Below, in pieces: positions 37,424 to 48,375 of a DNA stretch of 64,000 nucleotides. The stretch comes from Micavibrio sp. TMED2. GTDB taxonomy: Bacteria > Pseudomonadota > Alphaproteobacteria > TMED2. How positions within the stretch are numbered: position 1 is the stretch's first letter; each line of letters opens with the position of its first letter. The position numbers and the translations under genes are program-made. The notes beneath the pieces were generated by a model that was not told the DNA's origin, did not search any database, and saw only the letters and a list, made by a program, of their open reading frames with translations. The stretch spans positions 1,126,370 to 1,190,369 of the forward strand of contig NHBH01000001.1 of the NCBI GenBank assembly GCA_002168225.1, given 5' to 3'.

Positions 37424-38999
37424 GCTGCTCGACAAACTGGGACGCGGTACCGCCCCGGCCTATAAACGCCGGTTGCCGGGGCTATTCTGGTGCAGCCTTG
37501 CCTATCTGATTGTCGAACTGGCGTTCTCGGCGCAACTGCTTGAACTGGCCGGGTCCAGTATCGAGGCTGACCGGCTGAACAGTATCGAATATGTTGGCCG
37601 GACACTGAGCGGGATTGCGGTCTCCCTGTTCCTGATCAGCTATATCATCAAACGCTACCGTCCCGGTATCGGTCGCTATCTGCGGGTGCTGATTGTAACC
37701 ATGATCACTATTGCCTGCGTCTGGGGCATACAGGAAATGGTGATTGACGGTGTTGTCGACGGTATGGCCAGCGGCGGGGGGAAGCTCGAGGCATCGCTGG
37801 TGCTGACCACGACCACCGATCTCTTGCGTAACGGGCATATAACCATACCGTCTCTGGATTTGACCGATGAGGTTCTGGCAAGCCCGGACGGGCTGTCCTT
37901 TATGGCGATGTTCCCCGCGCTCGCCTTGAGCCATTCGACTATTGTTGCCGATCTGAAGCCATTGCTGCCCAATGCGCTGAAGCGTTCCCTGATCCTGTCC
38001 TGTGATGTGGCCTTGCCCTGTCTGGGAACGCCGGAGCAGTTCCTGAATCAGCGCTGGCCAGATATGCGGGAGCAGCTCGATACGCTGTATAATGAATACG
38101 AGAAGGCCCGACAGCCGCTGACTGACCCACCGGCTCAGATGCTGCGGCAGCATGCCGGTGAGGCATGGATCAACTACAATATCTCGCTCGGTAGTCGCGG
38201 TTTCAAATATGACACCGCGCCCAAGGACATGGTTCGTCAGGGACTGCGCCGAAAGGGGTTGAGGGTGCCTGACAACTGGCAACTCGACGACTATGAGGGC
38301 TTTGAGCAGGCGGTACGGGGGAAGATCATGCGTGATGCCCAACCCGTGTTCAGAAACTTCTCCCGCCAGTTGTTTGGCCATCCCGACTTGCCGGCCGATC
38401 TCGACAGGTACGGGTTTTTTCAGCGGGCGGATGTGCAGAAACTGGTCTGGCAGCGGCGCGGGTTACTGGCGGATGAGACAGACAGCCTGACACTGCCGGT
38501 GTTGAATGCGGCGGCGACAGATGACGAGGTCGTCTCCCGTATCTATGTGGATTTACTCGAATTTCAGTCGGTGTATATCGCTAACAATCTTAGCCGGGAA
38601 ACGACCAGCAAGCCCTATGGGGAATGGTATGCGATCAGCAGGCAGGCTGCCGAGAGCGTCGTGGTGCCACCGATTGCACTGGGTTTTTCAATCCTCGGTG
38701 CGCTCGCTCATATCGCCAAGATCATGGGCTATCTTCTGGGACGCCGCATGGCGCGTAAACCGGCAGTGCTGATCGCTAGCACAGTAGTACTGATTTTCGG
38801 ACTGCTCATCTTCTTCATTCCGAGCAATATCACCGGCACGGAACCATACCGTGTCTTCGAGACCCAGACCGCAGAACAGCTCGGCAGCGGTACTGCCTGG
38901 GGCTTGCGCTTTATCATTCAGGCCGAGGCGCTGCTCTATCCGGTCAACAATCTGATCCATTGGCTGGTCCTGCGCGATTTTGACTTCGGGCAGTTCTGA
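37413..38999 (+). CDS. hypothetical integral membrane protein (528 aa)
   Basis: Several hydrophobic segments at N- and C-termini; 11-nt overlap with upstream gene. Confidence 0.5.
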   Translation: MLTRLLDKLGRGTAPAYKRRLPGLFWCSLAYLIVELAFSAQLLELAGSSIEADRLNSIEYVGRTLSGIAVSLFLISYIIKRYRPGIGRYLRVLIVTMITIACVWGIQEMVIDGVVDGMASGGGKLEASLVLTTTTDLLRNGHITIPSLDLTDEVLASPDGLSFMAMFPALALSHSTIVADLKPLLPNALKRSLILSCDVALPCLGTPEQFLNQRWPDMREQLDTLYNEYEKARQPLTDPPAQMLRQHAGEAWINYNISLGSRGFKYDTAPKDMVRQGLRRKGLRVPDNWQLDDYEGFEQAVRGKIMRDAQPVFRNFSRQLFGHPDLPADLDRYGFFQRADVQKLVWQRRGLLADETDSLTLPVLNAAATDDEVVSRIYVDLLEFQSVYIANNLSRETTSKPYGEWYAISRQAAESVVVPPIALGFSILGALAHIAKIMGYLLGRRMARKPAVLIASTVVLIFGLLIFFIPSNITGTEPYRVFETQTAEQLGSGTAWGLRFIIQAEALLYPVNNLIHWLVLRDFDFGQF

Positions 39000-39163
39000 G
39001 TCCGGTTGCCATTACCGGGGAATTACGGGGGGCATTACCCTGATACCGTCGCGGATATGTCATGGATGATTTTTAGTGAGTGCCACTCACGGCAAAGCCG
39101 CCACCCGGTTCGGAAATCGGTTTATCCTGCAAATATGCCAATGAATACAAAGGGGGCGGGATT

Positions 39164-40108
39164 ATGAGGCTGTTGCTGGCACTGATATTCATTCTGATCG
39201 GCTTTGGCTGGTTCTATTACGCCAATAATCCGATGGGCAGTGCCAATGTGAATGGCGAGGCGCTGGAACGGCTGGCCACCACGCCGCTGGTCGGGGCGCT
39301 GAGCGATGATCATGCCGCTGCGGGTGACTGGGGGGATATCCGGCTCAATCAGACCCAGTTTGCCCGTTTCATCGAGGATTACGGCTATGAGTCTACCATC
39401 ATCGGTATGGGCGAGCTGACAGTAGGTTTGCATAACAAACAGGTTGAACTGACCTTCGTTGCGGTTGGCGGCTGTCAGCGCCAGATGCAGTTCATGTCCA
39501 TGCGCAACATCTTTGCCTCGCTGATGCAGGACAAGGGGCAGACATTTTTCGGCAATGCCCCAGCCTGTCGTGAGGAAATGCCCTTACGGGAGATTACCAT
39601 CCGCTCGGAATCGCTGTTGAGCAGCCGGTTTCTGAAAGCGCCAGTCTATATTCCACAAGTCTCGGTGGACAAGGCAATCGAGCCCGAAGACAAGGTCTTT
39701 GATGTGGTGCGGAAATTCGGTCTGCCACCATCGGCGGGCACAGGTGACGTGCCTAATTCCATTGGTGGCTTCACCGAGTTTTCAACTCTGAATTATCCGG
39801 GTGTCACGGTCTATTATCAGGGCGATTTCGAGTTTGTTCAGCAATGGTATCGCTATGCCGGTGCTCTGACCACGGCCAGCGATCTGGTTAATGGCGCATC
39901 ACAGCCGGTCGATGCCAATGGCGAACCTGCCGATATCAGTCGGTTGAAAGGGGCGGTGCTGGAGCTGCTCCGCGACCCCGATCTGCAGGCCGGTGCAAAG
40001 GCGATCAGCGATCTTGAAGATACCTTGTCGCCGTCGATTGCCATGATTCGGCTGCAGGGCAAGCCCAGCCCGGCGATGCTCGCCGCCTATCGCAATTCGC
40101 CATACTGA
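39164..40108 (+). CDS. hypothetical membrane-anchored protein
   Basis: RBS AAGGGGGCGG before ATG 39164; N-terminal TM helix MRLLLALIFILIGFGWFYY. Confidence 0.45.
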   Translation: MRLLLALIFILIGFGWFYYANNPMGSANVNGEALERLATTPLVGALSDDHAAAGDWGDIRLNQTQFARFIEDYGYESTIIGMGELTVGLHNKQVELTFVAVGGCQRQMQFMSMRNIFASLMQDKGQTFFGNAPACREEMPLREITIRSESLLSSRFLKAPVYIPQVSVDKAIEPEDKVFDVVRKFGLPPSAGTGDVPNSIGGFTEFSTLNYPGVTVYYQGDFEFVQQWYRYAGALTTASDLVNGASQPVDANGEPADISRLKGAVLELLRDPDLQAGAKAISDLEDTLSPSIAMIRLQGKPSPAMLAAYRNSPY

Positions 40109-40111
40109 TGA

Positions 40112-41332
40112 TTACAGCCAGGTGATCGTTGGCGCTTTGGGCACATTGGTTCCGTGCTCCGTCAGGCTGTCGCGAATACCGACGGCAATATCCAGAAATG
40201 CCTTCGCCGCCGGATCAGCATTGTTCTGTCCCACGAGCGGCTGACCCGCATCGGCCTGTTCGCGCAGGCTCATGGTCAGCGGTATCTGGCCGAGCAGGGG
40301 GATGCCGCGCTGTTTCGCCTCTTCGACTGCCCCGCCATGGCCAAAGATATGGCTGTCCTCGCCGCAATGGGGACAGGTGAAGACGCTCATGTTCTCGATG
40401 ATGCCGAGCACGGGCACGGCGACCCGCTCGAACATGGCAATGCCGCGTCGGGCATCGATCAGGGCGAGGTCCTGCGGGGTCGAGACGACGATGGCACCGG
40501 TCAGTTTCAGTTTCTGGGCCAGCGTCAGCTGGGCGTCGCCGGTGCCGGGCGGCATGTCGATGACGAGCACATCCAGCTCGCCCCAATCCACATCGCGCAG
40601 CATCTGCATTAGCGCACCCTGAACCATCGGGCCGCGCCAGACGAGAGCCTTCTCCGGCTCGGTCAGGTAGCCGATCGACATGGTCTTCAGGCCATTGGCC
40701 ATGACCGGGCGGATGCGTTTGTCGCTGGTCAGTTCAGGCTTGCCGTGCTGGCCCATCATGGTGGGCACCGAGGGACCGTAAATATCGGCATCCATCAGGC
40801 CGACCGACCAGCCGAGCTCGGCCCAACTCGCAGCCAGATTGGCGGCAACGGTCGATTTGCCGACCCCGCCCTTGCCACTGGCGACTGCGATGATGTGCTT
40901 GACGCCGGGCAGGGTGATGATCTCGCCACCCGGATTGGCCGGGCGCTGCCCGACAGGCGGCTGCTGTGGCTGGGCTGATTTCTTCGGTGCGGTTAGGATC
41001 GCGGTTGCTTTCGAGACGCCGGGCAGGGCGGCGACCGACTGCTCGGCCAGTTGCCGGATGCTTTCCAGCCGTGGCCCCAGCGCCGGATCGACGATCATGG
41101 AGAATTGCACTTGCTGGCGCTCGCCACTGTCATTGCCCGCAGCATCAGGGGTTATGGCAATCCCGTCCAGTTCAGCAAACGCCGTGATCGGCTGATCGCT
41201 GTCCGGTGCCATGATGGTGGCCAGATGGGCTTTCACGGTTTCGGCGGTCAGGGACATGGTGGCGGCCATCTTTCGGAAAAACAGGTCTGGATCGGGAAAA
41301 CTACCCGAAATATTGCGTAAATCATCGCTCAT
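40112..41332 (-). CDS. apbC: Mrp/ApbC family Fe-S cluster carrier ATPase with N-terminal DUF59 domain
   Basis: Deviant Walker A VASGKGGVGKSTVAANLA, CxxC (FTCPHCGE) motif. Confidence 0.85.
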   Translation of the reverse strand: MSDDLRNISGSFPDPDLFFRKMAATMSLTAETVKAHLATIMAPDSDQPITAFAELDGIAITPDAAGNDSGERQQVQFSMIVDPALGPRLESIRQLAEQSVAALPGVSKATAILTAPKKSAQPQQPPVGQRPANPGGEIITLPGVKHIIAVASGKGGVGKSTVAANLAASWAELGWSVGLMDADIYGPSVPTMMGQHGKPELTSDKRIRPVMANGLKTMSIGYLTEPEKALVWRGPMVQGALMQMLRDVDWGELDVLVIDMPPGTGDAQLTLAQKLKLTGAIVVSTPQDLALIDARRGIAMFERVAVPVLGIIENMSVFTCPHCGEDSHIFGHGGAVEEAKQRGIPLLGQIPLTMSLREQADAGQPLVGQNNADPAAKAFLDIAVGIRDSLTEHGTNVPKAPTITWL

Positions 41333-41540
41333 GCAATTGATTATGGCGCTGTGGTTCCATATAGGTGCTGGTGGCTATTTATAAATCACCAGCAACCATC
41401 CGGTTGCATGCCCTGTCGCCGAGCGTTGAGATCAGGCTGGTCCGTGTGAAACGGTCCGGGTGACGGATATACGATGACGGCGGGGGCATCAAGGCAGCGC
41501 AACCTTGCGCAACGGTCAAGAGTAAGAGGATCAACCAGTT

Positions 41541-42773
41541 ATGCCATGGAATAATCAAGGCGGCGGTTCTGATGGCGGCTCCGGCGGTCCCTGGGGCAAC
41601 CCACCCAGCGGCGGTGGCGGCGGCAATAAAGGCGGCGGTAACGGCAACAGCCCGTGGGGCCGTCCATCCGGCAGTGGTGGCGGTGGCCGACCTCCCGGCG
41701 GTCCCGGTACCCCACCCGATCTGGAAGATATTTTCCGTAAAGGACAGGATCGTTTCAAACAGGCCATGCCCGGCGGCTTCGGCGGCGGACGCGGTGCCTT
41801 TGTCATTGTGATCATACTGCTCTGTCTTTGGGCGCTGACCGGCTTCTTCCGGGTTCAGACCGATGAGCAGGGCGTGGTTATGCGCTTCGGTGAGCAGGTT
41901 CGGGTAACCCCACCCGGTCTGCACTATCACCTGCCAGCCCCGATCGAGACCGTTGAGCGCCCGAAGGTTACCCGGGTCAACACGCTGGAGATCGGCTATC
42001 GCTCTACCGGTTCTGCGCCGCGTACCTTCGCCAGTACCCGGACCCAGCGCGCCGGTACCTATACCGATGTGCCGGAAGAGAGCCTGATGCTCACCGGTGA
42101 CGAGAACATCATCGATATCGATTTCGCCGTGCAGTGGCGTATCGCCGATCCGGTGAAGTTCCTGTTCAATATTCGTCGTCCGGCGGAAACCGTGCAGCGG
42201 GTGGCCGAAAGCGCCATGCGTGAAGTGATCGGTCGTACCGATCTGCAGCCGGCCCTGACCGAAGCGCGGACCGAGATCGAGGTGGAAACCCGTGAGATCA
42301 TCCAGAGCTTGCTGGAAGAGTATGAGGCTGGTGTTGAGATCACTACGGTTCAGTTGCAGGATGTGAAAGCACCGGCTGCCGTCATCGATGCCTTCGATGA
42401 TGTCCAACGCGCCCGTGCCGATCGTGAGCGCAAGCGCAACGTGGCCGAGGCCTACGCCAATGACATTATCCCACGCGCCCGTGGTAATGCCGAGCGCGTG
42501 CTGCAGGAGGCACAGGCCTACCGCGAACAGGCGGTTGCCCGTGCCAATGGTGATGCCCAGCGATTCAGCCAGATATATTCCGCCTATCGTGAGGCCAAGG
42601 ATGTGACCCTGCGTCGGCTTTATCTGGAAACCCTCGAAGAGGTTCTGGGCAATGCCAACAAAATTATCATCGAAAACGGTGCCGGTGGTGCAGCCGGTGG
42701 CAGCGGCGTGGTTCCGTACCTGCCACTCGATCAGCTGACCCGCGGCAGCAACCAGTCCCGCAACGGTAATTAA
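41541..42773 (+). CDS. hflK: FtsH protease modulator HflK
   Basis: Gly-rich N-terminal tail, TM helix, SPFH/band-7 domain; followed by hflC. Confidence 0.85.
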   Translation: MPWNNQGGGSDGGSGGPWGNPPSGGGGGNKGGGNGNSPWGRPSGSGGGGRPPGGPGTPPDLEDIFRKGQDRFKQAMPGGFGGGRGAFVIVIILLCLWALTGFFRVQTDEQGVVMRFGEQVRVTPPGLHYHLPAPIETVERPKVTRVNTLEIGYRSTGSAPRTFASTRTQRAGTYTDVPEESLMLTGDENIIDIDFAVQWRIADPVKFLFNIRRPAETVQRVAESAMREVIGRTDLQPALTEARTEIEVETREIIQSLLEEYEAGVEITTVQLQDVKAPAAVIDAFDDVQRARADRERKRNVAEAYANDIIPRARGNAERVLQEAQAYREQAVARANGDAQRFSQIYSAYREAKDVTLRRLYLETLEEVLGNANKIIIENGAGGAAGGSGVVPYLPLDQLTRGSNQSRNGN

Positions 42774-42785
42774 GGAACCAGAACC

Positions 42786-43682
42786 ATGAACAGCAAACTT
42801 GCCGGTGGTTTCGGCGTCCTCCTTATCATTCTGGCAGCGGTCGGTTATCTGTCCGCTTTCACCGTCAGCGAACGTGAACAGGCACTGGTCCTGCAGTTCG
42901 GTGAGTTCAAGCGTCAGGTGAAAGACCCCGGTCTGCACTTTAAGATCCCGTTTGTGCAGAACGTGGTCTATTACGAAGACCGTATCCTTGATCTCGATCC
43001 GCCGGTTGAGCCGGTCCTGCTGGCTGATCAGAAGCGTCTGCTGATCGATACCTTTGCGCGCTACCGGATCGAAGACCCGCTGACCTTCTTCCAGGCGGTT
43101 ACCTTTGAAACCCAGGCGCAGCAACGCCTGAACAACTTCGTCAACGCCGCGCTGCGGAGCACGCTCGGTAACACGACGCTGGTTGATCTGTTGTCAGACA
43201 AGCGTGTGGATCTGATGCAGACCATCCGCTCGAAAGTGCAGGAAGAGGCAACCGATCTCGGCATCCAGATTATCGATGTCCGCATTCGTCGTGCCGACCT
43301 GCCGGATGAGACCAGCGATTCCATCTATCAGCGCATGCAGTCCGAGCGGGAACGTGAAGCCGCCGAATTCCGTGCGCAGGGTGATGAACAGGCCCAGCAG
43401 ATCCGTTCCCGTGCCGATCGTGAGGTGACGGTCATCGCGGCGGAAGCCCAGCGTGACGCCGAGATCATTCGCGGTGAGGGCGATCAGACGGCAATTAAAA
43501 TCTATGCTGATGCCTTCAATCAGGATGCCGATTTCTATGCCTTCTATCGCAGCCTCGAGGCTTATCGTCGGGCACTGGCTGATGACAACACCACGCTGCT
43601 GCTGTCTCCCGACAGCGACTTCTTCAAGTTCTTTGGCAGCATTGATGGTGGTCTGCCCGGCCTGCCGAAGGCGGATCAGTAA
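42786..43682 (+). CDS. hflC: FtsH protease modulator HflC
   Basis: SPFH domain protein with N-terminal TM helix immediately after hflK. Confidence 0.85.
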   Translation: MNSKLAGGFGVLLIILAAVGYLSAFTVSEREQALVLQFGEFKRQVKDPGLHFKIPFVQNVVYYEDRILDLDPPVEPVLLADQKRLLIDTFARYRIEDPLTFFQAVTFETQAQQRLNNFVNAALRSTLGNTTLVDLLSDKRVDLMQTIRSKVQEEATDLGIQIIDVRIRRADLPDETSDSIYQRMQSEREREAAEFRAQGDEQAQQIRSRADREVTVIAAEAQRDAEIIRGEGDQTAIKIYADAFNQDADFYAFYRSLEAYRRALADDNTTLLLSPDSDFFKFFGSIDGGLPGLPKADQ

Positions 43683-43694
43683 GAAGGAACCTCC

Positions 43695-43892
43695 ATGGGC
43701 GCTGACACATTGATCATCGCCCTTGGGCTGGTTCTGGTGCTGGAAGGCTTGGCCTATGCCCTGTTCCCGCAAGGCATGAAGGAAACCATGCGCCAGATTC
43801 AGGGCTTGCCGCCGGAAGCGCTCCGGCTCATGGGGCTGATTGCGGTGACGCTCGGGGCCGCAGTGGTCTGGTTTGCCAGTCTTGGCGGCTAG
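43695..43892 (+). CDS. DUF2065 small membrane protein
   Basis: 65-aa two-helix protein (LVLVLEGLAYALFP) in the conserved position after hflC. Confidence 0.6.
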   Translation: MGADTLIIALGLVLVLEGLAYALFPQGMKETMRQIQGLPPEALRLMGLIAVTLGAAVVWFASLGG

Positions 43893-44163
43893 GTTTTGTG
43901 CTGCCAAAAACGGGCTGCGCCAGTTTGACACCCCTGCACATTGCCCGGAATGACCGGGTTTGCCGGTTCGGCCATCAAATCGGCGGATCGCTGCCCTAAA
44001 ATTGCCCCGATATTCCCCGGACAATAATCGCGACGATCACCGCTCGCGAAAAGCTGATCGTCAATTTAGACGTATCTCCGTGGTTTTCCCCATGATAGCG
44101 TCTATATCTACTAACGATGATCTCACCCCGTGATGATCCGACAGTAAAATTCGAGGAACCATA

Positions 44164-45732
44164 ATGACATTTGGATTTCTGTGTCGTTGCCCCAAGACCG
44201 GTTTGACCGAAACAGGTTCTAAGAGGACACGTTCAACCCTTGCCTTCGTAATAGCCTCAGCCATGGTGATCGGCTTCATCGGTACCGCGCCCGATTTCAC
44301 CCGACCGGCGGCGGCCCGTGCAGCCCCGGAGAGCTTCGCCGATCTGGCTGAAAGACTGCTCCCGTCCGTGGTCAATATTTCCACGACCCAGACCGTGAAC
44401 GGTGTCGAGCGCCCGGCGCTGCCGAACATGCCCGACATGCCGCCCGGTTCGCCGTTCGAGGAGTTCTTCCGCGACTTCTTTGATCGCCAGCAGGGGCAGC
44501 GCGGTCCGCGCTCACGGCAGGCCACTTCACTTGGCTCCGGTTTCGTGATTGATGCCGAGGAAGGCTATGTGGTCACCAACAACCACGTTATTGCTGATGC
44601 CGAAGAAATCCATGTGATCTTCGCTGACGATACCCGGATTGATGCAGAGCTGGTTGGCCGAGACCCCAAAACCGACCTCGCGGTTCTTAAGATCGACCCG
44701 GATAAGCATGATCTCGTCGCCGTTGATTTCGGCGATAGCGATGTCATGCGGGTCGGGGACTGGGTTCTGGCCATCGGTAACCCGTTTGGCCTCGGTGGTA
44801 CGGTGACGGCGGGGATCATCTCTGCCCGGGCCCGTGACATCAATGCCGGCCCCTATGACGATTTCCTGCAGACCGATGCCTCGATCAACCGGGGTAACTC
44901 CGGTGGCCCGATGTTCAACATTGACGGCGATGTAATTGGTATCAATACGGCGATCTTCTCGCCCTCCGGTGGCTCGGTCGGTATCGGCTTTGCTATCCCG
45001 GCCAATCTCGCTGCACCGGTGGTTGAGCAACTGATCGAGTACGGTCGTACCCGTCGTGGCTGGCTAGGTGTACGCATCCAGCAGGTGACAGAGGATATTG
45101 CCGAGAGCCTCGGCCTCGATCAGGCCCGTGGTGCCCTTGTGGCCCAGGTAACTCCTGACGGTCCGGCAGAAGATGCCAAGATTGAACAGGGCGATATCAT
45201 CCTCGAATTCGATGGCAAGGACGTTGAGGATATGCGTCGCCTGCCACGGATCGTTGCCGAGACGCGCATCAACAAGCAGGTGCCTGTGGTTGTTTGGCGC
45301 GATGGCAAGGAAGTGAAGCTGTCTGCCGAACTCGGTGAGCTTGAAGCGGCTGAGGAAGCCGGTCTGCTCGATGTCAGCACCGGCAGCAGTGATACCAATG
45401 AGAATGGCGCAACAACCGGTGAGGCAGATGAACTGAACAGCCTCGGCCTGACATTGAGCGCGATTTCACCACGCTTGCGTGACCGCTTCGATATTGCCGA
45501 GGAAACCGAAGGTGTCGTTATCACCGCGATTGACGATAACGGTCCGGCGGCAGATAAGGACCTGCGCAATGGCGATGTGGTGGTTGAGGTCAACCAGCAG
45601 CCGGTTTCCACACCGGAAGACGTTGCCGACATGGTCCGTGAGGCCAAGGACAAGGGCCGCGGCAAAGTGCTGATGCTGGTCGAGCGCGAAGGCGATCTCC
45701 GTTTCATCGCGGTCGATATAGATAAAAGCTGA
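44164..45732 (+). CDS. degP: DegP/HtrA family periplasmic serine endoprotease with two PDZ domains
   Basis: Catalytic triad context (TNNHV, D, GNSGGP), C-terminal PDZ repeats, signal peptide. Confidence 0.85.
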   Translation: MTFGFLCRCPKTGLTETGSKRTRSTLAFVIASAMVIGFIGTAPDFTRPAAARAAPESFADLAERLLPSVVNISTTQTVNGVERPALPNMPDMPPGSPFEEFFRDFFDRQQGQRGPRSRQATSLGSGFVIDAEEGYVVTNNHVIADAEEIHVIFADDTRIDAELVGRDPKTDLAVLKIDPDKHDLVAVDFGDSDVMRVGDWVLAIGNPFGLGGTVTAGIISARARDINAGPYDDFLQTDASINRGNSGGPMFNIDGDVIGINTAIFSPSGGSVGIGFAIPANLAAPVVEQLIEYGRTRRGWLGVRIQQVTEDIAESLGLDQARGALVAQVTPDGPAEDAKIEQGDIILEFDGKDVEDMRRLPRIVAETRINKQVPVVVWRDGKEVKLSAELGELEAAEEAGLLDVSTGSSDTNENGATTGEADELNSLGLTLSAISPRLRDRFDIAEETEGVVITAIDDNGPAADKDLRNGDVVVEVNQQPVSTPEDVADMVREAKDKGRGKVLMLVEREGDLRFIAVDIDKS

Positions 45733-45752
45733 TTACCAGCCCGATCAAATGC

Positions 45753-45786
45753 AAAAACGGCCCGGAAATTTCCGGGCCGTTTTTCT
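45753..45786. terminator. bidirectional rho-independent terminator between degP and serB
   Basis: AAAAACGGCCCGGAAATTTCCGGGCCGTTTTTCTG hairpin with flanking A/T runs. Confidence 0.7.
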
Positions 45787-45787
45787 G

Positions 45788-46687
45788 TTAGCCAGCCCTG
45801 AACTCGGTTTGCTTGTAGCCCTGAAGATAGAGCAGGGCACTCAGGTCGCTGTGCTGGATGCGGAACCGGGCCGACTCCCGTGCGATCGGTTTGCCGTAAT
45901 AGGCGACGCCGGAACCGGCGGCCAAGAGCATGGGCACGTCATTGGCGCCGTCACCGACAGTCATGGTCTGCTCCAGTGACAGTTTCAGGGAACGGGCCGT
46001 CTCGTTCAGGGTCTTCAGCTTGGCATGCTGGTCGCGGATCGGACCGTCAATGCGGCCGGTCATCTTGTCATCGGCAATTTCCAGCCGGTTGCCCTGATGG
46101 CCGTTGAAGCCGAGCTTGACCGATACCGCGCCGGTGAAGTGTTCGAACCCGCCGGAGACGAGCATACAGGTCGCGCCATTAGCCCGCATGGTGGCAACCA
46201 GCTCTGCAGCACCCGGATTGATGGTCATGGCGGCGACCGCTTCCTCGATGGCGCTGACTGGCAGGTCTTTCAGCAGCCCGACTCGTTCGGTAATCGCGGC
46301 CTCGAAATCCAGTTCACCAGCCATGGCGCGGGCGGTGATCGCCGCGATCTTATCCTTGATCCCGACATAGCCTGCCAGTTCATCGAGGCTTTCCTCGGCA
46401 ATGATCGTGCTGTCCATATCGGCCAGCAGCAGTTGCTTGCGCCGCCCGGCAACCGGCTGCACGAAGCTGTCGATGGCATGATCGGCAAGTGCCGAGGTTA
46501 CTACCGCATCAATCTGTTCCTCATCGCAATCGCCGATCATCAGGTCACAGGCAAGATCATCAGCGAGCCAGACGAGATCACCGGTTGCAACGCCGTGCGC
46601 CGCGACGGCATTCCGTGCCTTGGCAATCTGGTCATCGGTAAGCGGGCCGTTTGCGGCACCGGCAACAAGGGTCAGCACATGGGTCAT
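45788..46687 (-). CDS. serB: phosphoserine phosphatase
   Basis: HAD motif I DMDSTII, full SerB-like catalytic domain with N-terminal ACT-like region; start at MTHVLTL. Confidence 0.8.
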   Translation of the reverse strand: MTHVLTLVAGAANGPLTDDQIAKARNAVAAHGVATGDLVWLADDLACDLMIGDCDEEQIDAVVTSALADHAIDSFVQPVAGRRKQLLLADMDSTIIAEESLDELAGYVGIKDKIAAITARAMAGELDFEAAITERVGLLKDLPVSAIEEAVAAMTINPGAAELVATMRANGATCMLVSGGFEHFTGAVSVKLGFNGHQGNRLEIADDKMTGRIDGPIRDQHAKLKTLNETARSLKLSLEQTMTVGDGANDVPMLLAAGSGVAYYGKPIARESARFRIQHSDLSALLYLQGYKQTEFRAG

Positions 46688-47128
46688 GATCGGGCGGGCA
46701 GTGTTGGAGGAGGGACAAGCTGTTCTGTTACGGCTCATATACCAGCGTGAGCGGTTTTGCACACCCTCATGTCGCGCCAATGCTTGCCGCTTTCATGCTG
46801 CAGGTGCTCAATCGCCTCAGTCAGCAATCATGACCTATCAGGATGCCCGAGCCGATGACTGCGGAGCCCAAAGCCATAAAATTGCCGAGCGGCCCGGAAG
46901 GCAAGCGCAGCCTCGGTGAGCGGGCAACCCATGTTGCAGCTGTCGGCTATGCCTTCTACCTGCGCTATATGGGCCTTGGGGCCGATGACGAGACCAATGT
47001 CTTCATCGCTAAGGAATTGCTGAACCAGACCGGCAACAAAATCCGTACGGCAGGTAGAAAACTGGGGCTATAGGGTCGCGGCAGGCGACTGTCCGGTTGC
47101 GTGTGGACGCATCAGGAACTAAAGCCTT

Positions 47129-48145
47129 GTGTCTATGAAACCGCGTCAGACCTCATCACTTCGCGAAACCACCAGCACCAAATCGGTTGCGATCATCGCT
47201 GGCCCGACCGCCAGCGGTAAATCCGGCCTTGCCCTTGAACTGGGCGAGGCGCTTGGCGGTGCTGACCGTGCCGTCATTATCAATGCCGACAGTATGCAGC
47301 TCTATCGGGAACTGCCGCTGATGACCGCCTGTCCCGATGCGCGGGATATGGCGCGGCTGCCGCATCGGCTCTACGGCGTGTTGTCAGCTACGGACCGCAA
47401 TTCGGCTGCCGATTGGCGGCGCATGGCACTGGCCGAGATCAGTGCCGCTCATGAGGCGGGGCAGGTGCCGATACTGGTTGGAGGCACCGGCTTCTATATC
47501 AAGGCGCTGGTTGAGGGCTTGTCGCCGATCCCGGCGATCCCGGAACAGATCACCGATGACATTCGCCAGCGGATCGAGGCTGAGGGGGCAGAGGCGCTCC
47601 ATGCCGAGTTGAAGGCACGTGATCCGAAGATGGCGGCCAAACTGCGCTCCACCGATGCCCAACGCATTGCCCGTGCCCTGTCGGTGCTCAAGGCGACAGG
47701 TATCTCGCTGGCCGAATGGCAGGCCGTGGCACCGGAGCCGCCGCCGGATGATCTGCGCTTTCATGTACAGGTGGTGATGCCGGACCGGGCATGGCTGTAC
47801 CGGCAATGCGATGCCCGCTTTGCCCTCATTGCGGCCAAGGGCGGGGTTGATGAGGTCCGTGCCTTGCTGGCCATGGACCTTCCGCCCTATGTCAGCCTGC
47901 TGCGCGCCGTCGGGGTGCCGGAGATCGCGGCCTATTGCCGGGGCGAGATGGGGCTGGAGGAAGCGATTGCCGCAGGGCAGCAATCGACGCGGCATTATGC
48001 CAAGCGCCAATACACCTGGTTCCGCAATCAGCTACCGCCGGATAAACCGATGGAATCACGTGGAAAACCGCCACATGACCGAAAATTGCAAGTCAGCCAT
48101 GTTCAAACTGCGCAACTTTCGGAAAGTTTTCTGGCTGGTTTTTGA
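47129..48145 (+). CDS. miaA: tRNA dimethylallyltransferase
   Basis: P-loop GPTASGKS, overall MiaA-like. Confidence 0.8.
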   Translation: MSMKPRQTSSLRETTSTKSVAIIAGPTASGKSGLALELGEALGGADRAVIINADSMQLYRELPLMTACPDARDMARLPHRLYGVLSATDRNSAADWRRMALAEISAAHEAGQVPILVGGTGFYIKALVEGLSPIPAIPEQITDDIRQRIEAEGAEALHAELKARDPKMAAKLRSTDAQRIARALSVLKATGISLAEWQAVAPEPPPDDLRFHVQVVMPDRAWLYRQCDARFALIAAKGGVDEVRALLAMDLPPYVSLLRAVGVPEIAAYCRGEMGLEEAIAAGQQSTRHYAKRQYTWFRNQLPPDKPMESRGKPPHDRKLQVSHVQTAQLSESFLAGF

Positions 48146-48375
48146 AAAAAATGATCAATCTGTGGTTGACCCTACATTGCACCGCAGTATAGTCCAGATA
48201 GGTCGTCAATATCGCCTAAATGTCAGAAATGCTGACCTTTTAAGCGGTGGCGGCTTTTGAGAACAGTCGTAACGACACCAAAACAACCGGCATGCCCCAT
48301 GCCCCGCAAAGCACGTGCAGCCGGTTATGGGAAAACACGTCCCCCGAGAGGGACAATTTGAGGAGCAGAGAAGCA

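Noticed and set aside
41555-41815. Pro/Gly-rich ORFs on both strands within the hflK 5' region
   Set aside because: Reading-frame artefacts of the Gly-rich N-terminal tail of HflK.
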